A DNA stretch of 64,000 bases from Candidatus Saccharimonadales bacterium. Lineage in GTDB: Bacteria > Patescibacteriota > Saccharimonadia > Saccharimonadales > UBA7683. The notes below the pieces were generated by a model. That model searched no databases. It was not told the DNA's origin and saw only the letters and a program-made list of their open reading frames with translations. The stretch is taken from assembly GCA_046350615.1 (NCBI GenBank), contig JAXMAA010000002.1, forward strand, positions 85,204 to 149,203, read 5' to 3'. Every line of letters begins with the position of its first letter. Position 1 is the first letter of the stretch. A program made the translations under genes and the position numbers. Shown piece after piece: positions 59,315-64,000 of this stretch.

Positions 59315-60529
59315 ATGAACAAGAGTTATCACTTCCCGAAAAAAACTATCCGGGATATTGCTGTGCATGGCAAGCGAATTTTGGTAAGGGCAGATTTCAA
59401 CGTGCCACTTACGGAAGATGGTAAGATCGCCAGCGATTATCGTATCACTCAAACATTGCCAACACTTCAATATCTACTCGAACGTGGCTGTAGTGTGGTC
59501 GTGATTGCCCATCTTGGTCGACCAGAGGGTCTTGCGAACAAAAAGTACACGCTGGAACCTATTGCAGAGCGTCTTCAGGAGCTTTTACCTACCGTTGAGG
59601 TTCAGTTTGAGGCTTCGCTTATTGATGATAAAGCCCGTCAAGCTTGTAAAGCACTTAAGCCTGGCGAGCTGCTGTTATTGGAAAACTTACGGTTTGACCC
59701 ACGTGAAGAAGCAAATGATTCGGAATTTGCACAGGCAATCAAGATGGTTTCCGGAGCTGCTTATTTTGTCCAAGATGGTTTTGGTGTTGTGCACCGTGCG
59801 CATGCAAGTACCGAGGCAATTACACACCTTCTGCCTTCAGTCGCAGGATTGCTGTTAGAAAAAGAGGTGAGTACACTTGAAAAAGCGATGCAGCATCCCC
59901 AGCATCCAGTTGTTGCTGTGGTGGGCGGAGCCAAAATATCAGATAAAATCGAGTTTATCGAGAGGCTACTTTCCATAGCAGACAAAGTTCTCATCGGTGG
60001 CGCGATGGCAAATACTTTTCTGAAACAGCAGGGCCATCCGATTGGTAGCAGTGTGTATGAAGAGGGTCAAGAAGAAGAAATTGCGACAATATTGCAAAAA
60101 TCTCAATCTGATCAACTGGTGATGCCGGTGGATGTGGCAGTGAGTACAGAAATTGCGAAAAAATCGCAAAAAACTATATGTAACCTAGATGATGTTAAGT
60201 CCGGTGAATATGTTCTTGATCTTGGTCCTAAAACAGTAGAATTATTCCAAAAAGAGGTGGACAAGGCCGCCACTATCATCTGGAATGGCACACTTGGCTA
60301 TGCTGAGTTACCGCAATTTGCAGAAAGCTCAGCAGCTTTAGCTGATGTAATAAGTCGGCAACACGGCGCCACGAGTATTATTGGCGGCGGTGATACGGCC
60401 GATTTTGTATTAGATTGGCAAGCCGCACATCCAAAAGCTGAGTTTACCCACGTCTCAACTGGTGGCGGTGCCAGCTTGGAGCTCATGAGTGGGCTAAAAC
60501 TTCCCGGTCTTGAAGCGCTCATTTCTTGA
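59315..60529 (+). CDS. pgk: phosphoglycerate kinase
   Basis: 404 aa. Motifs are VRADFNVP, IAHLGRP, VVGGAKISDKI and GGGDT. Confidence 0.93.
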   Translation: MNKSYHFPKKTIRDIAVHGKRILVRADFNVPLTEDGKIASDYRITQTLPTLQYLLERGCSVVVIAHLGRPEGLANKKYTLEPIAERLQELLPTVEVQFEASLIDDKARQACKALKPGELLLLENLRFDPREEANDSEFAQAIKMVSGAAYFVQDGFGVVHRAHASTEAITHLLPSVAGLLLEKEVSTLEKAMQHPQHPVVAVVGGAKISDKIEFIERLLSIADKVLIGGAMANTFLKQQGHPIGSSVYEEGQEEEIATILQKSQSDQLVMPVDVAVSTEIAKKSQKTICNLDDVKSGEYVLDLGPKTVELFQKEVDKAATIIWNGTLGYAELPQFAESSAALADVISRQHGATSIIGGGDTADFVLDWQAAHPKAEFTHVSTGGGASLELMSGLKLPGLEALIS

Positions 60530-60616
60530 CCCCCCATCCCTCTTAAGCTAAACTAAACCTAATCACCACATCAACTCCCCATATCAGTAATTTTTCATAA
60601 TGAACGAGGGGGACCA

Positions 60617-62894
60617 ATGAAACAATCAATCAAACGCTTACTCTGGCTGCCTGGTGGTAGCTCTTTTGCTCATCGTACTTCTCGGTATGCCGTCAAAGCA
60701 TTTGTCTCCTCGGCTCTATTCCTGCTTGTAATCCTTGTTGTCGGTATCCTTAAGACTCCCGTCGACACACTTCCCGTTCACGCCCAAGACACCGACTTCT
60801 CCAACGGCATTACTGTAGATTCTACTCTCGATACTCCAGACTCTAACGTTGGGGATGGCATCTGTAACGATGGCTCAGGCAATTGTACGCTTCGTGCGGC
60901 TATCCAGGAAGCCAACTCTAACCCAGACGCCTCTACCATCAACTTCAACATCACTGGAACCCCAGACTTCACCAACAACTCTGAAGACGGCTACACAATA
61001 GCTCCAACTTCTTCCCTTCCTAGCATCACCGAACAACTCACCATCAATGGTTACTCTCAACCAGGAGCCCAAGCAAACACAGCTCCAGCCCCGCAACCGC
61101 TTAATGGTACTTTGCTTATTGAGTTGGATGGGGGAGGGTTGCCTAATGCTAATAACGGCATACTACACTTTCAAGATGATAGTGATGACAGTATCATCAA
61201 GGGCTTGGCTCTGAACGACAATGCTGACAAAGGTGACGGCATACAGCTATTAGCGGATATGATCGCATTAAGATCCAAGGCAACTACATAGGAACAAACC
61301 CTATGGGAAGTGCTGCAGAATCTAATACCGTGGGCATAAATACGTTTAACAGTAATCCAGACCGAGCAACCGATGTCCTCGTTGGCGGCCTTAACCCGGA
61401 AGACCGTAACCTTATTTCCGGTAACACTTCCACTACCCAGACTACTGCAACCGCCTCTTATCCAGGCCCTGGTTGGATAATCCAAGGCAACTACATTGGC
61501 GTAGGTGCTGATGGTCTTACCGGTATAGCTAATAGTGTGATTGACGGTAGTGGTACATTATCTATAGATAATGTACCAGACGTAATTGTTGGCGGCCCCC
61601 AACCTACAGCCATTAACGTTATTGGATCCAGTTTGGGCCACGGAATAGCCCCTCACAACTCCGACAACCTTCTCATCGAAAATAACTACATCGGCCTTGG
61701 CTATGACGGTACTACTATCCTGGGGAGCGGTAACACAGGTATTGGTACCGGCATAACCTTAACATCCTCACATAACGTAACTATTAAGAACAATCGTGTA
61801 GCAGGCTGGGATCAAGGCGGAATGGACATAAATTCCGACAACAGTGATCTGTCAATCGAGAACAACATAATTCATGACAACGAAGCTAACGGCATAGAAA
61901 TAAGCGCTTCTGAAAATATTCAGGTTGTAGGTAATACTATATACAACAACCAAGACGTCAGTATTAGCGTATTTGGCATGTCTCTTTTTGGTATCGTCAC
62001 AGACGATGTGTCCATCACTGGCAACAAGGTGGGTCTAGACATAAACGGGACACCGACTCCAAATAACCCCGTAGGCATAAATGTATTTGGCGACCCCACT
62101 AACGTCATTATTGGAGGCACTTCTCCAGCAGACGCCAACCATATAGCATCTTCAACTGGCTCCGGAATTACAACAATGGGCTTCGATGTTCCAGCTATGT
62201 CTCTCTCAGGTTCACCTCAAAAAGTCTCCATCCTCGGCAACTCCATCTACGACACTTCTCCAGCCTCAGACCCTAGCACTGGCGCTGGCCTCGGTATAGA
62301 CCTTATGGTTGGCATAGAGACCGATTCAATACCAGATGGCATTCCCAACACCTACACCTCCTCCGGCCCCACCCCTAACGACCCCACCGACTCCGACACC
62401 GGCCCCAACAACTACATTAACTTCCCAACCCTAAACTCTGTCACTCAAGATGGTACTACCGCCACCATTAACTTCAACCTTGATGCTGCAGATAGCCCAA
62501 CTGACCAATACCGAGTAGAGTTCTTCGCTAACGACCAAGCAGACCCTTCCGGTTACGGAGAAGGCCAAACCTTCTTAGGCTTTGCCACCGTTTCCAACGG
62601 AATAACCAACAAACCAGCTTCACGCTTCCAAACAACATCAACCTAACCGGTAAATCTATCTCCGCTACGACTACCGCCATAGATAGCACTACTAACTCTG
62701 GCTTTGGTTCCACCAGCGAGTTCAGTCAAATACGTTTAGCAAGTGTAGTAACCGAGCCAGGAACGAGCCAGGACGAGGGCTTGGCTGGGACGGGGGAGAA
62801 CGTTCGAATGATTTTAATATTCGCTATTACTCTATTGACTGTAGGCGTAGTGGCTGTGGCGGGCTTTAGGAAGAAAGCCGGTAGTTCGCGATAG
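60617..62894 (+). pseudogene. large parallel beta-helix surface protein with an LAGTG sorting signal, broken by two frameshifts
   Basis: The N-terminus has a signal anchor and the CTLRAAIQEAN motif. The frame changes near 61250 (…GDGIQL / SGYDRIKIQGNYIGTNP…) and near 62618 (…NGITNKPAS / FTLPNNINLTGKS…). The last frame ends LAGTGENVRMILIFAITLLTVGVVAVAGFRKKAGSSR. Confidence 0.65.
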
Positions 62895-62921
62895 TCTTGT
62901 GTTAGAATAAACGTAAGATAA

Positions 62922-63740
62922 ATGGTGGATCTTATGAGTGGGCGACGCAAAATAATCATTGGTAACTGGAAGATGCACTTTACTGTCAAGCAGGCGGTGA
63001 GCTTTGCTGGCAAGCTTGCGGCTAAGCAGATCCCAGAAGGTGTAATAGTGGGCATTGCTCCTCATAACTTAGCTCTTTCAGAAATTGCGACAATATTGCA
63101 AAAAACAGGTATTAAAATAGCCGCTCAAAATGCTTATTTTCAAGATGAAGGCGCTTTCACTGGAGAGGTTAGCATGCCAATGCTTCGAGGTTTAGCACAT
63201 TATGTACTCATTGGCCATTCTGAGCGGCGACATGTGTTCCACGAATCAAACGATTTAATAAGAAATAAAGTAGCGGCTGCGGTTCGAAGTGGCATAACGC
63301 CAGTGCTCTGTGTTGGCGAAACGCTGGTAGAACGAGAACACTATCATACAAGGCAGGTTATCTCTGACCAAGTTTGTTCTGGTGTAGCAAACCTGACAGC
63401 AGAAGAAGTCAAAAAAGTGGTCATTGCTTACGAGCCAGTTTGGGCGCTCAGTAATGGTACTGACTTTGCCAATCACAAAACACCACTACCTGAAGATGTA
63501 CAAAAAGCCTGCCAGATAATCCGTGCAAATATTGGTGAGCTGTATGGCAAAGAGGTGGCCGAAAAGGTTAAAGTGTTGTATGGGGGCAGTGCAAATAAAG
63601 ACAACGCACTTAGCTATCTCAGAACTGAAGGGGTGGATGGTCTTCTGCCTGGCGGGGCAAGCCTGAGCGTGGCAACATTTTGGCCGATTGTAGAGGCGGC
63701 TAGCCAGGCTGTTCCGATGAAGATTGAGGTTAAGGCGTGA
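62922..63740 (+). CDS. tpiA: triosephosphate isomerase
   Basis: 272 aa (the start may be the ATG at 62934). Motifs are GNWKMH, IGHSERR, AYEPVWA and YGGS. Confidence 0.9.
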   Translation: MVDLMSGRRKIIIGNWKMHFTVKQAVSFAGKLAAKQIPEGVIVGIAPHNLALSEIATILQKTGIKIAAQNAYFQDEGAFTGEVSMPMLRGLAHYVLIGHSERRHVFHESNDLIRNKVAAAVRSGITPVLCVGETLVEREHYHTRQVISDQVCSGVANLTAEEVKKVVIAYEPVWALSNGTDFANHKTPLPEDVQKACQIIRANIGELYGKEVAEKVKVLYGGSANKDNALSYLRTEGVDGLLPGGASLSVATFWPIVEAASQAVPMKIEVKA

Positions 63741-64000
63741 AGCAAACGATAAAAAAGCACAAAGCAAAGCCAGTTGAGAAGGATTTTTCAGCACTAGATA
63801 GCGCGGTAGAGGAGTTGGCTCGCCATAATGCAATGCTCCAAAGTGAAATTGATGGGCATCCGCGCCCTCAAATGCCAAAACGAAAAGTGGTGAAACCACT
63901 CAAGGCGGGTCGTAGTTTTGACATCGTTCACCCAAATAGCCGGCCACGAAAACTAGCGCCCAAAAAGATTGCTCCAGCACAACCAGATTCCGCAGATATG
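63737..64000 (+). CDS. hypothetical protein, 5' part only (runs off right edge)
   Basis: The GTG at 63737 overlaps the tpiA stop (GTGA). The frame stays open to the window end (VKQTIKKHKAKPVEKDF...). Confidence 0.35.
   Translation, partial: MKQTIKKHKAKPVEKDFSALDSAVEELARHNAMLQSEIDGHPRPQMPKRKVVKPLKAGRSFDIVHPNSRPRKLAPKKIAPAQPDSADM

Noticed and set aside
1-64000. A CRISPR array, rRNA operon, prophage, or recombinase/integrase gene.
   Set aside because: Scanning by eye found no regularly spaced direct repeats, no rRNA-like sequence, no phage structural genes and no tyrosine or serine recombinase motifs. The only transposase is the IS200-type TnpA.

Overview
This 64-kb window uses the standard genetic code; TAA, TAG and TGA all end well-conserved genes. 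It holds about 65 protein genes and 6 tRNAs, and I found no rRNA or CRISPR array.

**Likely organism (inference only, no search was possible).** The gene content looks like a reduced-genome monoderm, possibly Patescibacteria/Saccharibacteria-like. Supporting features:
- a secretin-less type IV pilus locus (pilB, pilC, pilins, pilMNO)
- a sortase plus an LAGTG-anchored beta-helix surface protein
- single-domain CheY receivers
- scattered core genes: recA, recX, tsaE, tsaB, rny, murA, murB, glyA, folD, pyk, pgk, tpiA

**Strongest candidate for something new: 39.55-42.23 kb.** Directly 3' of tRNA-Lys(CTT) sit three unrelated single-gene units: a GNAT, a DUF218-like gene and an S51 peptidase-like gene.
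- Each unit follows the same roughly 95-111-nt structured non-coding module, which carries its own extended -10 promoter 6-7 nt from the ATG.
- Each unit ends in a 26-nt sequence whose last 10 nt copy the tRNA-Lys 3' end.
- No recombinase is present in the window.

**Other notable items:**
- An IS200/IS605 TnpA-only element splits an autotransporter-repeat surface protein. Its removal (579 bp) would restore the reading frame.
- A tightly coupled operon encodes a PLP decarboxylase, an autoinducer-synthase-like GNAT and a 7TM histidine kinase. It sits behind a consensus promoter and a terminator-like leader.
- An XRE-HTH is fused to MurA.
- A stand-alone Hen1-like RNA methyltransferase and a 2H phosphoesterase each lie directly downstream of a tRNA.
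- tRNA-Gly and tRNA-Pro have non-canonical elbows that covary at positions 19 and 56.
- A UmuD-like protein lacks the Ser/Lys catalytic dyad.
- Gene-disrupting lesions are unusually dense: 3 in-frame stops, 4 frameshifts and 1 IS insertion.

All coordinates and alignments were worked out by hand from the sequence. Family assignments rest on recognised motifs and have not been checked against any database.
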